Shown here: positions 18,957 to 28,495 of the stretch, piece after piece | Position numbering within the stretch: position 1 is the first letter of the stretch | Layout: every line of letters begins with the position of its first letter | DNA from: Planctomycetota bacterium | GTDB taxonomy: Bacteria > Planctomycetota > Phycisphaerae > UBA1845 > Fen-1342 | Length of the DNA stretch: 63,133 nucleotides | Assembly (NCBI GenBank): GCA_036729165.1 | Contig: DAIMSQ010000004.1 | Span: forward strand, 8,125-71,257 | Direction of reading: 5' to 3' | Position numbers and translations under genes: made by a program | The notes under the pieces: generated by a model | The model's input: the letters and a program-made list of their open reading frames with translations, nothing else | Database searches by the model: none | What the model was told of the DNA's origin: nothing

Positions 18957-19457
18957 TCAGAGGGGCAAATCAGCGTTTGCGCTAAGGCAGGTCCGGATTG
19001 TGGGCAGCGGGTGAATCCGGCCGTGATTCATGCCCGGGCAGCCACGGCCGGCGCGTTCCCAGGCTTTGGGCGAACTCAGATTGGATTGCCAGAATGGCCA
19101 GGTGCGGCATTGGACGGGGCGGACGTCATGGACTTTACAGTTTGTAAGGCCGTCCGGCGTGCGCACCAGGAAAACGCAATCACCGCCCTTGAGTTCGATC
19201 AGACTAAGCCGGCTCCCGACGCGCCGCGTGTACCGGCGGGTGAAGTCGGAGAGTTTGAGACTCAGGGCATCCGCGATCTGACCGGCTTCCTGAAGCGTTA
19301 CCCAAACGTAGCCAGGGGCTCCGCTACAGCAGTTCCCACATTGGGCGCAAGAAAACGCGATGCCGGCGCTGTACCACGGGGTGTCCGCCGAGGCTGGCGA
19401 GGAAGGCGGTGAAGACGGTGAAGAGGCCGCCGAGGAGCGTTCTGACGAGGCGCTCAT
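18957..19457 (-). CDS. YkgJ-family (UPF0153) cysteine-cluster protein
   Basis: ORF 18957-19520. Start at MSASSE (19457) forms an ATGA overlap with the upstream SEC-C gene stop. CxxCxxCC motif ([16 protein letters not shown]). Confidence 0.7.
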   Translation of the reverse strand: MSASSERSSAASSPSSPPSSPASADTPWYSAGIAFSCAQCGNCCSGAPGYVWVTLQEAGQIADALSLKLSDFTRRYTRRVGSRLSLIELKGGDCVFLVRTPDGLTNCKVHDVRPVQCRTWPFWQSNLSSPKAWERAGRGCPGMNHGRIHPLPTIRTCLSANADLPL

Positions 19458-19675
19458 GCCTTCTTGCCGTCTTTCAGGAAGCAGCATTTTTTGTATTTTT
19501 TTCCCGAGCCGCAGGGGCAAGGGTCGTTTCGTCCTATAACGTGTTCGGACTTGGCCTGCTCAACGGGCATGTCGGGAATGGGAACATCGTCGTCCGACAC
19601 AACCGCCGCGTCGCGCAGCTTCTTTTCCTCCTGTTTTCGCTGATATCTCTTCGTGAATTTATCGAACACGCCCAT
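19454..19675 (-). CDS. small SEC-C metal-binding-motif protein
   Basis: 73-aa ORF. C-terminal [18 protein letters not shown] is the SEC-C zinc-binding motif. Confidence 0.75.
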   Translation of the reverse strand: MGVFDKFTKRYQRKQEEKKLRDAAVVSDDDVPIPDMPVEQAKSEHVIGRNDPCPCGSGKKYKKCCFLKDGKKA

Positions 19676-19779
19676 CGACCAACCCTTTACGAAACCGGTT
19701 TCGACAGTATAGCTAATTGGCGGCGCCTATGCTAATTGCCGCGGCTGATTAGCTCGGAGCGAGATTCCGAAAAAGTCGC

Positions 19780-19808
19780 TTGACGAATGCCCCGACCCGA
19801 AGTATTAA
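19780..19808 (+). promoter_or_regulatory. sigma-70-like promoter TTGACG-N17-TATTAA
   Basis: Read directly. It lies about 40 nt upstream of the GGAAGGAG SD and ATG 19850. Confidence 0.5.
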
Positions 19809-19849
19809 GCCGCGCGTTGAGTCAGGAAATCATCGGAAGGAGCGCACGT

Positions 19850-20197
19850 ATGTTCCAGTTATTGGAGATGCGGCCGTTGCACGCCCCCGAGGCGGAACCG
19901 GACGTTACGGTTCCCGCCGAATACGGGACGGACCTTCTGTTCGAGCTTGAAACCGATCAGGCGTCAGAGGAAACAACGGAGCATGCCGACTTCGACAGCG
20001 CCGGCGCGCTAGGCCTGGTGGCCGACGGGCGTCGCCGCGGCAGCCAGGAAGATGAGCCCGAGGACGAAGACTTCTTCGAGCTCGAGGACGAAGAGGACGA
20101 GGAAGAAGACGAAGAAGAATTCTTCGACGACGACTTTGAAGACGAAGACGAGGAGGACGAAGACCTCGAAGACTTCGAGGACGAAGACGAGGATTAG
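19850..20197 (+). CDS. hyper-acidic small protein (D/E-rich C-terminal half)
   Basis: In-frame ATG at 19850 with strong SD GGAAGGAG. The C-terminus is EDEPEDEDFFELEDEEDEEEDEEEFFDDDFEDEDEEDEDLEDFEDEDED. Confidence 0.6.
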   Translation: MFQLLEMRPLHAPEAEPDVTVPAEYGTDLLFELETDQASEETTEHADFDSAGALGLVADGRRRGSQEDEPEDEDFFELEDEEDEEEDEEEFFDDDFEDEDEEDEDLEDFEDEDED

Positions 20198-20426
20198 CGC
20201 GTCCGCTTCGATTCAGGTGCAAATCGGGCCGGCCGCGACTGCTGGGCGGTCGCGGCCGCTTAGTTGACCGTTACGAACTTAGCGCAGGATACGCCAATCA
20301 CGCTGCCGTCGCGTGGCCGGGGAGGCCACGCGACGGCGGAACCGTATTGGGGCTGGAGGCATGCTACGGCTGCCAAGCGGGGGCCTTGCGCTCAGGGTGG
20401 GCGGCAGGGGCGCCGATAATGCGAGT

Positions 20427-20810
20427 ATGCAGACTCACCCCGAAGATGCGGACCATTCGGGCTGCGAACCGACGCAGCCGGAAGAAGCAGCCACCTGCGA
20501 ACGGCGTTCGGGCGAGCGGCGCTCAAAATTTGACCGGCGCCGCGGTCCGGGGCGCCGCCGCACGGACTACCGCCGGGCGGCTGAAGAAGGCTGCATGAAT
20601 GAAGAGCAGTCCGACTTCATCCAAGCCATCGATGAATATAAGCGTGTCAATAACCGCCCGTTCCCAAGCTGGACCGAGATTCTGGAAGTCGTGCTCTACC
20701 TGGGTTACCGGCGGGTCGCTCCGGTGGGCGAGTTCGGGTTGACCAAGCCACGCCAGACGCCGTTGCCGACAAAGGCTCGGAAGGCCGGTCAGGAGCCAGA
20801 AGGGAATTAG
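20427..20810 (+). CDS. hypothetical protein with Arg-rich N-terminal half
   Basis: ORF 20313-20810 with in-frame ATG at 20427 (alternative at 20595). The globular-looking C-terminal part is MNEEQSDFIQAIDEYKRVNNRPFPSWTEILEVVLYLGYRRV. Function unknown. Confidence 0.5.
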   Translation: MQTHPEDADHSGCEPTQPEEAATCERRSGERRSKFDRRRGPGRRRTDYRRAAEEGCMNEEQSDFIQAIDEYKRVNNRPFPSWTEILEVVLYLGYRRVAPVGEFGLTKPRQTPLPTKARKAGQEPEGN

Positions 20811-20955
20811 GTCGCCGGCCGAGGAGTCGGGTGTCAGGGGGATGCCCCAATTTTTGGAATGCGAACGGTAGGCGAGGCTCCCGAGGGCATGCTCGCGCTT
20901 AGAGCTTGAGCATGGCACCCGGCTTGAGCCCAGCGCCCGGCGGCGGGGGCCTCTC

Positions 20956-21027
20956 GATCTCCGGATCCCTTGATCCCTCGATCCCTCGAATCCTGATCCC
21001 TCAACCCCCGAGATCCCTCAATCCGCC
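20956..21027. repeat. degenerate tandem octamer repeat GATCCCTC (about 8-9 units)
   Basis: gatctccg gatccctt gatccctc gatccctc gaatcct gatccctc aacccccga gatccctc aatccgcc, immediately upstream of the rpmF promoter. Confidence 0.8.
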
Positions 21028-21039
21028 GGCCGTGCTACC

Positions 21040-21068
21040 TTGACACGCGCGGGCGTTCTGCGTACTGT
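21040..21068 (+). promoter_or_regulatory. sigma-70-like promoter TTGACA-N17-TACTGT upstream of rpmF
   Basis: Read directly. It lies about 85 nt upstream of rpmF ATG 21153. Confidence 0.45.
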
Positions 21069-21152
21069 CATCCAAATTGTGGCTTGATCCAGGGCCGTAC
21101 ACAGCCGGCATTTGCCGGCCGGGGTGGTTATCCGGCTTCCGCAGGAGTAGCA

Positions 21153-21338
21153 ATGCTTCCGGTAACGAAGAAATCAAAGATGCGCAAACGCACTCGCCGT
21201 TCACACCACGCGTTGCGTCCGGTTCAGTTGGTGGCCTGCCGACAGTGTGGGCAGGCGCGACGACCGCACTTGGCCTGCCCGAATTGCGGATACGTCAACG
21301 CTCATACCTCCGTCGAGATCGAGAAAGAGGAGTCATAA
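21153..21338 (+). CDS. rpmF: 50S ribosomal protein L32
   Basis: ATG 21153 after AGGAG. MLPVTKKSKMRKRTRRSHHALRPVQLVACRQCGQARRPHLACPNCGY (L32 with CxxC...CxxC). Confidence 0.9.
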   Translation: MLPVTKKSKMRKRTRRSHHALRPVQLVACRQCGQARRPHLACPNCGYVNAHTSVEIEKEES

Positions 21339-21343
21339 ATACC

Positions 21344-22354
21344 ATGCGGATCGCGCTGGACGCCATGGGGGGCGACCACGCGCCGCGGGAGATCATCCGG
21401 GGCGCGATACGCGGGCTGGAGCGGCTGGGAGCGGACGACCAGCTCGTTCTGTTTGGCCTACGCGAGCCGCTGGAGCAGGAATGCCGGACCCTCGAGCTGA
21501 GCGACCCGCGCGTCGAGTTTGTCTACTGCACTGAGACGATCGGCATGCACGACACGCCGGTCGAGGCACTGCGCCAGAAGCGTGATTCTTCAATCGTGCG
21601 CATGGCGGTCGCCGCGGCCCACGGCGAGGTTGATGCGGTCATCTCGGCGGGCAACACCGGCGCTTTCGCAGCCGCTTGCCAGCTCAAACTGGGGCCCGTG
21701 GAGGGGGTCTCGCGGCCGGGCATTGCCGTGGTCATGCCCACGTTTTGCGGCCCGGTGCTGATCTGTGACGTCGGCGCGAACGTTGCGCCGAAGCCGCACC
21801 ATCTGCACGAATACGCCCGCATGTGTACCTGCTATGCGCGTGAGTTGCTGCACATTCCGCAGCCGCGGGTCGGGTTGGTTTCCATCGGCGAAGAAGAGGT
21901 GAAGGGCAACCACTTGGTAAAAGAAGCCCGCACGCTGATCAAGCAGGATCCGCTGCTGAACTTCGTCGGCAACATGGAAGGCCGCGACATATTCAGCGGT
22001 CATGGCGACGTCTTCATTTGCGACGGATTCGTGGGCAACGTGGTGCTGAAGCTGACCGAGGGGCTGGCCGAAGGGCTGTTCCAAACGATCATTCACGAAA
22101 TCGAGCAGGAAAGCGCCGAACTGGCCCGCAATTTCCAGCCCATCGTCGATCGCATCTGGCGGCGGCACGACTTCACCGAGTATGGCGGCGCTCCCTTGCT
22201 GGGCCTCAATGGCATCGCCATCATCTGCCACGGCCGCAGCGACCAGCGGGCCATCGCCAACGCCATCCGCGTGGCCCAGGAGCAGGTTAAGGTGGGGCTT
22301 CCCGCCATGATTGCGTCCCAGTTCGTACAGCCGCCGGCACAGGGTGCCAAATGA
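21344..22354 (+). CDS. plsX: phosphate acyltransferase PlsX
   Basis: MRIALDAMGGDHAP start 5 nt after the rpmF stop, with full-length PlsX similarity and the classical rpmF-plsX-fabH order. Confidence 0.9.
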   Translation: MRIALDAMGGDHAPREIIRGAIRGLERLGADDQLVLFGLREPLEQECRTLELSDPRVEFVYCTETIGMHDTPVEALRQKRDSSIVRMAVAAAHGEVDAVISAGNTGAFAAACQLKLGPVEGVSRPGIAVVMPTFCGPVLICDVGANVAPKPHHLHEYARMCTCYARELLHIPQPRVGLVSIGEEEVKGNHLVKEARTLIKQDPLLNFVGNMEGRDIFSGHGDVFICDGFVGNVVLKLTEGLAEGLFQTIIHEIEQESAELARNFQPIVDRIWRRHDFTEYGGAPLLGLNGIAIICHGRSDQRAIANAIRVAQEQVKVGLPAMIASQFVQPPAQGAK

Positions 22355-23343
22355 AAGTGAATTGGGAGGTGGAGGTTGCCGGCACGGGGTTCAGCGTTCC
22401 CGAGCGCATCGTCACGAACGCGGAATTCGCCAGCCGCATCGATACGAGCGACGAATGGATCGTTCAGCGGACGGGAATCCGCGAGCGCCGTTTCGCCGCG
22501 CCCGACGAAAGCACGCTGACGTTTGCCGTCGCCGCGGGGCGCACGGCCCTGGCGCAGGCCCAAATGAGCCCCACCGAGCTGGACTTGATCGTCTGCGGGA
22601 CGATCACGCCGGACCACACGTTGCCTTCGACCGCCAGCCTTTTGCAGGCGCAGCTAGGCTGCCGCTGGATCCCGGCGTTCGACTTGGCCGCGGCTTGCAG
22701 CGGCATGGTCTGGTCCCTCATCGTAGGGGCGCAGTACATCGCGAGCGGCACGGCGCGCAACGTCCTGGTGGTTGGCGCGGAAACGCTCACGCGCATCACT
22801 GACCAGGAAGACCGCGGCACCGCCGTCCTCTTCGGCGACGGCGCCGGGGCGGTCATCCTCCGCCCGTCCACCGCGCCGCAGCGCCGCATCCTGGCCATGC
22901 GCCAGGGCGCCGACGGCACGCGGGCTATGCTCATCAACGTTCCGGCCGGCGGGGCCAAGTATCCGGCCAGCCCCCAGACCCTGGCGGAACGCATGCACTA
23001 CATGCGCATGCGCGGCCGCGAGATATACAAGTTCGCGGTGACGCAGATGTGCGACATCATCCACGAGACCGCGGCGGATGCAGGCCTGCGCGTCGAGGAT
23101 GTGGCGCTGATTATTCCGCATCAATCCAACCTGCGGATCATTGAATTGGCCTGCCACAAGGCCGGCGTGGCGCCAGAGCGCGTGCTGGTCAACATTGACC
23201 GTTACGGCAACACCTCGGCCGCCTCGGTCGGCATTGCCTTGCACGAAGCGCGAATGGCGGGACGTATCAAGCCGGGCGACGTGGTGATGCTGGTCGCATT
23301 CGGGGCCGGCCTGACGTGGGGTTCGATTCTGCTGAGGATGTAA
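22351..23343 (+). CDS. fabH: 3-oxoacyl-ACP synthase III
   Basis: 330-aa ORF with ATGA overlap with plsX. Active-site context AAACSGMVWS. HQSNLRII and GNTSAAS motifs. Confidence 0.9.
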   Translation: MKVNWEVEVAGTGFSVPERIVTNAEFASRIDTSDEWIVQRTGIRERRFAAPDESTLTFAVAAGRTALAQAQMSPTELDLIVCGTITPDHTLPSTASLLQAQLGCRWIPAFDLAAACSGMVWSLIVGAQYIASGTARNVLVVGAETLTRITDQEDRGTAVLFGDGAGAVILRPSTAPQRRILAMRQGADGTRAMLINVPAGGAKYPASPQTLAERMHYMRMRGREIYKFAVTQMCDIIHETAADAGLRVEDVALIIPHQSNLRIIELACHKAGVAPERVLVNIDRYGNTSAASVGIALHEARMAGRIKPGDVVMLVAFGAGLTWGSILLRM

Positions 23344-23344
23344 G

Positions 23345-24265
23345 ATGACGGCGAGCGCAGCCATCTTCCCCGGACAAGGGGCGCAAGAAGTAGGCATGGG
23401 CAAAGACGCGGCGGAGGTTTGCGCCGTCGCGGCCGACACTTTCGCCCAGGCCGACGAGATACTTGGGTTCGGGCTTTCGCAGCTTTGCTTCGAGGGGCCG
23501 GCGGAGCGTCTGAACGCGACCGACATTCAGCAGCCGGCGATTTTCACGACCAGTGTCGCGCTGTACCGAGCGGCCCTGGACCGCAAGAAGATTCGCCCGG
23601 ACCAGTTCGCGGCGATGGGCGGGCTGAGCCTGGGCGAATACACGGCGCTGCACCTGGCTGGCAGCGTGCCGTTTGACGCCGCGCTGCGCCTGGTGCAGCG
23701 GCGCGGGCAGCTCATGCAGCAGGCGGCTCAGAGCAGCCCCGGCGGCATGGTTTCGATCATGGGGCTGACCGAGGAACAGGTACTGGCCGTTTGCGAGCGG
23801 GTGGCCGAGTCCGGCCGCGTCGGTCCGGCCAATTTCAACTGCCCCGGACAGATCGTGATCTCCGGCGACAAGGCGGCCTGCGCGGCCGCGGTCCGTGCGG
23901 CGGAGGAACCCGGCGGGCGCGCGATCCCGCTCGACGTGGCCGGGGCGTTCCATAGTGAGCTGATGCGGCCGGCGGCGGAGGAGTTGCGGGAGGCGCTGCG
24001 GGCGACGGAGTTCGTCGCGCCGCGGTTGCGCGTCATCTCTAACGTCAACGCCGATTATCACGCCGGTCCGGACGAAATTCGCGACTGGCTGTATCGCCAG
24101 GTGGTCAGCCCGGTGCGCTGGCAGGAATGCGTGCAGCGGCTGATCGCGGACGGCTGCCAGGAATTCTGGGAGATCGGGCCGAAACGCGTGCTGGCGGGCT
24201 TGCTGCGCAAGATCGACCGAAGTGCGAAGGCGGTGAACGTTGGCAAAGCCGCCGACCTGGGCTAA
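23345..24265 (+). CDS. fabD: malonyl-CoA:ACP transacylase
   Basis: 306-aa ORF. FPGQGAQ and GLSLGEY (GxSxG) motifs. Confidence 0.9.
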   Translation: MTASAAIFPGQGAQEVGMGKDAAEVCAVAADTFAQADEILGFGLSQLCFEGPAERLNATDIQQPAIFTTSVALYRAALDRKKIRPDQFAAMGGLSLGEYTALHLAGSVPFDAALRLVQRRGQLMQQAAQSSPGGMVSIMGLTEEQVLAVCERVAESGRVGPANFNCPGQIVISGDKAACAAAVRAAEEPGGRAIPLDVAGAFHSELMRPAAEELREALRATEFVAPRLRVISNVNADYHAGPDEIRDWLYRQVVSPVRWQECVQRLIADGCQEFWEIGPKRVLAGLLRKIDRSAKAVNVGKAADLG

Positions 24266-24335
24266 ATAGCGCTGTGCGATGTGCGGCGCGCGGGTCTCAT
24301 CGAGCAATGCGGGTTTCCGCGGCCGGGTGTGACAG

Positions 24336-24394
24336 CGGTAGTGCAAACCTGCGGTTTGCATAGACAACACGGTAGTGCGAACCTCGGTTCGCAT
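24336..24394. repeat. two tandem copies of a hairpin repeat (CGGTAGTGCRAACC..GGTTYGCAT)
   Basis: 24336-24361 and 24370-24394 in the fabD-fabG spacer. Each copy folds into a 7-8 bp hairpin. A related GGCAGAG hairpin (GCAAGG-CAGAG-CCTTGC) follows. Confidence 0.7.
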
Positions 24395-24472
24395 CTGTAA
24401 GGGCAGAGACTCGCAACAAGCTTTGGATTCGCAAGGCAGAGCCTTGCGCTACTGTCTGCTGGAGGTGGCAGG

Positions 24473-25219
24473 GTGTGCGTTGATCTGAAAGAGCAGGTGG
24501 CGATCGTAACCGGCAGCTCGCGCGGCATTGGGGAAGCGATATGCCTGGAGCTGGCGCGCGGGGGCGCGAGGGTGATCGCCGCATCGCGCAACGTGGATCG
24601 CATGCGCTCCTGGATCAGCGAGCACCCCGACCTGGCCGACTTGATCGCGCCCACCGCCCTGGACGTGACCGACCGGGCCGCGGTCGAAGGCGCGATTGAG
24701 GAAACGCTCGAACGCCACAACCGGCTGGACATTCTCGTCAACAACGCCGGCATCACCGCCGACGGCCTGGTCATGGGCATGAAGGACGAGCAGTTCGATA
24801 GCGTGCTGGACACCAATCTGCGGGCCGCATTCTGGACTATTCGAGCGGTCTGCCGGCCGATGATTCGCGCCCGCCGCGGCCGCATCATCAACATCGCCAG
24901 CGTGTCCGGCATAATGGGGAATGAAGGCCAGGCGAACTATGCCGCGGCGAAGGCGGGCCTGATCGGCTTGACCAAGTCGGTCGCGAAGGAGATCGCCAAA
25001 CGCGGCGTGACGTGCAACGCGGTGGCGCCGGGGTTCATCGAAACGGACATGACCAATGTGCTGCCGGAAGAGTTGAAGGCCCGCGTGAAGCAGGTGGTCC
25101 CGATGCAGCGTTTTGGGCGTCCGGAAGAAGTGGCGGGCATGGTCGCCTTTCTAGCCGGCCCGGCGGCCAGTTACATCACGGGGCAGGTGTTCGTGGTCGA
25201 CGGCGGGCTGCATACGTAG
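24473..25219 (+). CDS. fabG: 3-oxoacyl-ACP reductase
   Basis: 248-aa ORF with GTG start after [17 protein letters not shown] and YAAAK motifs. Confidence 0.9.
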   Translation: MCVDLKEQVAIVTGSSRGIGEAICLELARGGARVIAASRNVDRMRSWISEHPDLADLIAPTALDVTDRAAVEGAIEETLERHNRLDILVNNAGITADGLVMGMKDEQFDSVLDTNLRAAFWTIRAVCRPMIRARRGRIINIASVSGIMGNEGQANYAAAKAGLIGLTKSVAKEIAKRGVTCNAVAPGFIETDMTNVLPEELKARVKQVVPMQRFGRPEEVAGMVAFLAGPAASYITGQVFVVDGGLHT

Positions 25220-25238
25220 GTCAGAAAGCCCTCGCGCC

Positions 25239-25344
25239 GCATTGCTTGCAGCTCCCGCTTCGTGCAGTGGCACCACGCACACACGACGGATTGCTAACCA
25301 GGCCCGCACTGCTTGAAGCTGCGCTTTCAAGCAGTGGCTCACGC
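25239..25344. repeat. two copies of a ~40-nt hairpin repeat (GCAYTGCTTGMAGC...GCAGTGGCWC.ACGC)
   Basis: 25239-25278 (degenerate copy) and 25306-25344 (perfect 9-bp stem CTGCTTGAA/TTCAAGCAG) in the fabG-xylB spacer. Confidence 0.65.
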
Positions 25345-25349
25345 GAGAG

Positions 25350-26891
25350 ATGCACATGCCCGAGTCGCCTCTGCTGCTAGGTATTGACGTCGGCACCACC
25401 GGCGCTAAGGCCATACTGGTCACTGCCGCCGGGGCCGTTCTGGCCGAAGCCAACAACGAATATCCGATGGTGACCCGGCGGCCGCTGTGGGCCGAACAGA
25501 ATCCCCACGACTGGTGGAGCGCGACGGTTGCCAGCGTGCGCGAGGTGCTGCACCAGGCGGCGGCGCCCGCAGAAGCGGTAGCCGGGGTCGGCTTGACCGG
25601 GCAAATGCATGGGCTGGTGCTGCTCGACGAGCGCGGCGACGTGCTGCGCCCCTGCATCATATGGAACGACCAGCGGACCGGGCCGCAGTGCGCCGCGATT
25701 ACCGGGCAAGTGGGCGAACAGCGGCTTCTGCAGCTAACCGGAAATCCCGTTCTGCCGGGCTTTACGGCGCCAAAGATCGTCTGGGTACGCGAGAATGAGC
25801 CGGAGGTCTACGGGCGGATCAAACGCCTGCTGCTGCCCAAGGATTACATCCGCTACCGGCTCACGGGCGAGTTCTTCAGCGACGTGTCGGACGCCTCGGG
25901 CACGGCCATGTTCGACGTCGGGCGGCGCTGTTGGTCTGAGGAGATGTTGGCCGCGTTGGATGTGCCGCGCGCCTGGTTGCCGGAGGTTACCGAATCGCCG
26001 GTGGCCAGCGCGGCCGTAAGCGCGGCCGCGGCTGGGGAAACGGGCCTCAAGGCGGGCACACCGGTCGTCGGCGGAGCGGGTGACCAAGCAGCGCAAGCGG
26101 TGGGGACGGGCGTCGCATCCGAGGGCATAGTTTCGGTGACGATAGGCACGTCGGGCGTCGTGTTCGCAGCACGCAACGCTTATCGCCCGGAGCCGCGCGG
26201 CCGATTGCATGCCTTCTGCCACGCCGCCCCGGGGCTGTGGCACTTGATGGGCGTAATGCTGGCGGCGGGCGGAAGCTTCCGGTGGTATCGCGACACGCTG
26301 GCGGAGGTGGAGCGCTCGCAGGCCGCGGCCAGCGGCGGCGATGCGTACGACATCCTGACCGCTGACGCGGCCCAGGCGCCGGCCGGCTGCGAGGGGCTGC
26401 TGTTCCTGCCGTACTTGTGCGGCGAGCGGACGCCGCACCCGGATCCGCACGCACGCGGGGCATTCGTGGGTCTGACGCTACGGCATACGAAGGCGCATCT
26501 GACGCGGGCCGTCATGGAGGGCGTCACCTTCGGCCTGCGCGATTCGTTGGAGCTGATGCGCGGGCTGGGCCTGGAAATTCGGCAAGTTCGCGCTTCCGGC
26601 GGCGGAGCCCGCAGCCCGGTATGGCGCCAGATGCTGGCTGACGCATTCAACACGGAAATCGTCACCGTGAACGTGACCCAGGGGGCCGCCTTCGGCGCGG
26701 CACTGCTGGCAGGTGTGGGGACTGGTCTGTACGCCGACGTGCCGAGCGTCTGTCAGGCCGTCGTCAAGATCAACGAGCGCTGCGCACCAGGACCGGATGC
26801 GGCTGTGTACGCACGGTACTACCCGCGCTATCAGGCGCTGTATCCGGCGCTGGCGCAGGAATTCGCGGCGCTCGCAGAAGCAGAACGGTAG
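25350..26891 (+). CDS. xylB: xylulokinase (FGGY carbohydrate kinase family)
   Basis: 513-aa ORF. LGIDVGTTGAKAILV N-terminal motif and a GGGARSPVWRQMLADAF C-terminal FGGY signature. Confidence 0.8.
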   Translation: MHMPESPLLLGIDVGTTGAKAILVTAAGAVLAEANNEYPMVTRRPLWAEQNPHDWWSATVASVREVLHQAAAPAEAVAGVGLTGQMHGLVLLDERGDVLRPCIIWNDQRTGPQCAAITGQVGEQRLLQLTGNPVLPGFTAPKIVWVRENEPEVYGRIKRLLLPKDYIRYRLTGEFFSDVSDASGTAMFDVGRRCWSEEMLAALDVPRAWLPEVTESPVASAAVSAAAAGETGLKAGTPVVGGAGDQAAQAVGTGVASEGIVSVTIGTSGVVFAARNAYRPEPRGRLHAFCHAAPGLWHLMGVMLAAGGSFRWYRDTLAEVERSQAAASGGDAYDILTADAAQAPAGCEGLLFLPYLCGERTPHPDPHARGAFVGLTLRHTKAHLTRAVMEGVTFGLRDSLELMRGLGLEIRQVRASGGGARSPVWRQMLADAFNTEIVTVNVTQGAAFGAALLAGVGTGLYADVPSVCQAVVKINERCAPGPDAAVYARYYPRYQALYPALAQEFAALAEAER

Positions 26892-26941
26892 CCACCGCTT
26901 CGACGCACGACTGCGAGCCGGGCTTAACCGGGGCGCACCAT

Positions 26942-28384
26942 TTACCGCTTCGCAGTCTTCGGCGTCTTGCCCTGTAGATACTGATCGATCGAGCGGGCCG
27001 CTTTCTTGCCGTCGCCCATGGCCAGAATCACCGTCGCGGAGCCGCGGGTGATGTCGCCGCCGGCGTAAACGCCCGGCTTGCTGGTGGCGCCGCTTTCGTC
27101 CACCTCGATGTAGCCCCACTTGTTCGTCTTCAGGTCGGGCGTGGTCGAGGTCAGCAGCGGGTTAGCGCGCGTGCCGATGGCCGGAATCGCAACGTCGCAC
27201 TCGATCACGAACTCGGAGCCCTTGACCGGCACAGGCCGGCGGCGGCCGGACTCGTCCGGCTCGCCCAGCTCCATCTGCTGGCACTCAACGCCGCGGATCC
27301 AGCCGTCCTCCGTACCGAGGTAGCGAACCGGGTTGGTCAAGAACTTGAAGATGATGCCTTCCTCTTCCGCGTGTTTGACCTCTTCGGCGCGCGCCGGCAT
27401 TTCATTGCGGCTGCGGCGATAAACGAGGGTGGCCTCCTTAGCACCCAGGCGTTTGGCGGTGCGCACGGCGTCCATCGCGACGTTGCCGCCGCCGATGACG
27501 ACCACGCGCTCGGCGCGGATGATCGGTGTGTCGAAGTCAGGGAAGTCGTAGGCCCGCATCAGGTTGGAACGGGTGAGGTATTCGTTCGCTGAATAGACGC
27601 CCTTGAGGTTCTCGCCGGGGATGTTCATGAAGATCGGCAGCCCGGCGCCGTTGGCGATGAACATGGCGTCGAACCCCTCTTCGGTCAGCAGCTCATCGAT
27701 CGTAAACGTGCGCCCGATGACGACGTTGCAGATGATCTTGACGCCCATCTGCCGCAGGCGATCGACCTCGCCGTCGATGATCTTGTTCGGCAGGCGGAAC
27801 TCAGGGATGCCATACGTCAGGACGCCGCCCGGCTGATGCAAAGCTTCAAAGACCGTGACATTGTGGCCTTTGCGGGCCAACTCGCCGGCGCAGGTCAGCC
27901 CGGCCGGTCCGGAGCCGACGACCGCCACGCGGAAACCGGTGGGCGACCCGATCAGTTGCTTCATATCCAGGTTTTCGCGGGCCCAGTCGGCGACGAAGCG
28001 CTCCAGGTGCCCCACGGCTACCGGTTCGCCCTTCTTGCCGCGGATGCAGACCTGCTCGCACTGCTCCTCCTGCGGGCAGACGCGGCCGGTGATGCCGGGC
28101 AGCGCGTTGGCGCTGAGGAGTAGCTCGGCGGCGCCGCGCAAGTCGCCGGCGGAGACTTTTTCGAGGAAGCCGGGAATATCGATGCCGACGGGACAACCGC
28201 TGACGCACTTGCGGTCTTTGCATTGCAGGCAGCGGTTAGCCTCGAGTTGGGCGAGGGCCACGGAAAAGCCCAGGTTAACCTCGCGGAAATCGCGATTGCG
28301 CTCCATGGGCTCGCGCTCCGGCATGTGCTGCCGGCTGATTGCCATACGCTCTTTGGCGGTCATCGACATGGGACTCAACCTCAA
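26942..28384 (-). CDS. GltD-like NADPH-dependent oxidoreductase, large subunit of NfnAB / sulfide dehydrogenase SudA type
   Basis: 480-aa ORF. N-terminal Cys clusters (CLQCKDRKCVSGCPV, CPQEEQCEQVC). Two GxGxxG dinucleotide sites (VVGSGPAGL, VIGGGNVAMD). Confidence 0.8.
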   Translation of the reverse strand: MRLSPMSMTAKERMAISRQHMPEREPMERNRDFREVNLGFSVALAQLEANRCLQCKDRKCVSGCPVGIDIPGFLEKVSAGDLRGAAELLLSANALPGITGRVCPQEEQCEQVCIRGKKGEPVAVGHLERFVADWARENLDMKQLIGSPTGFRVAVVGSGPAGLTCAGELARKGHNVTVFEALHQPGGVLTYGIPEFRLPNKIIDGEVDRLRQMGVKIICNVVIGRTFTIDELLTEEGFDAMFIANGAGLPIFMNIPGENLKGVYSANEYLTRSNLMRAYDFPDFDTPIIRAERVVVIGGGNVAMDAVRTAKRLGAKEATLVYRRSRNEMPARAEEVKHAEEEGIIFKFLTNPVRYLGTEDGWIRGVECQQMELGEPDESGRRRPVPVKGSEFVIECDVAIPAIGTRANPLLTSTTPDLKTNKWGYIEVDESGATSKPGVYAGGDITRGSATVILAMGDGKKAARSIDQYLQGKTPKTAKR

Positions 28385-28495
28385 AATCGTGCCGAAATTA
28401 ATGACCCGGCACGTGACTCTATAAACCGCAACGCGGTGTTAAGTTCTCAAGCATCCGGCCTACGGAGCGCCGACCGGCGCCGCCTCTCATTAGCA

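Noticed and set aside
20956-21027. Short regular repeats, considered as a possible CRISPR array.
   Set aside because: The units are 7-9 nt and head-to-tail without spacers, and no cas genes are present. This is a microsatellite-like octamer array.
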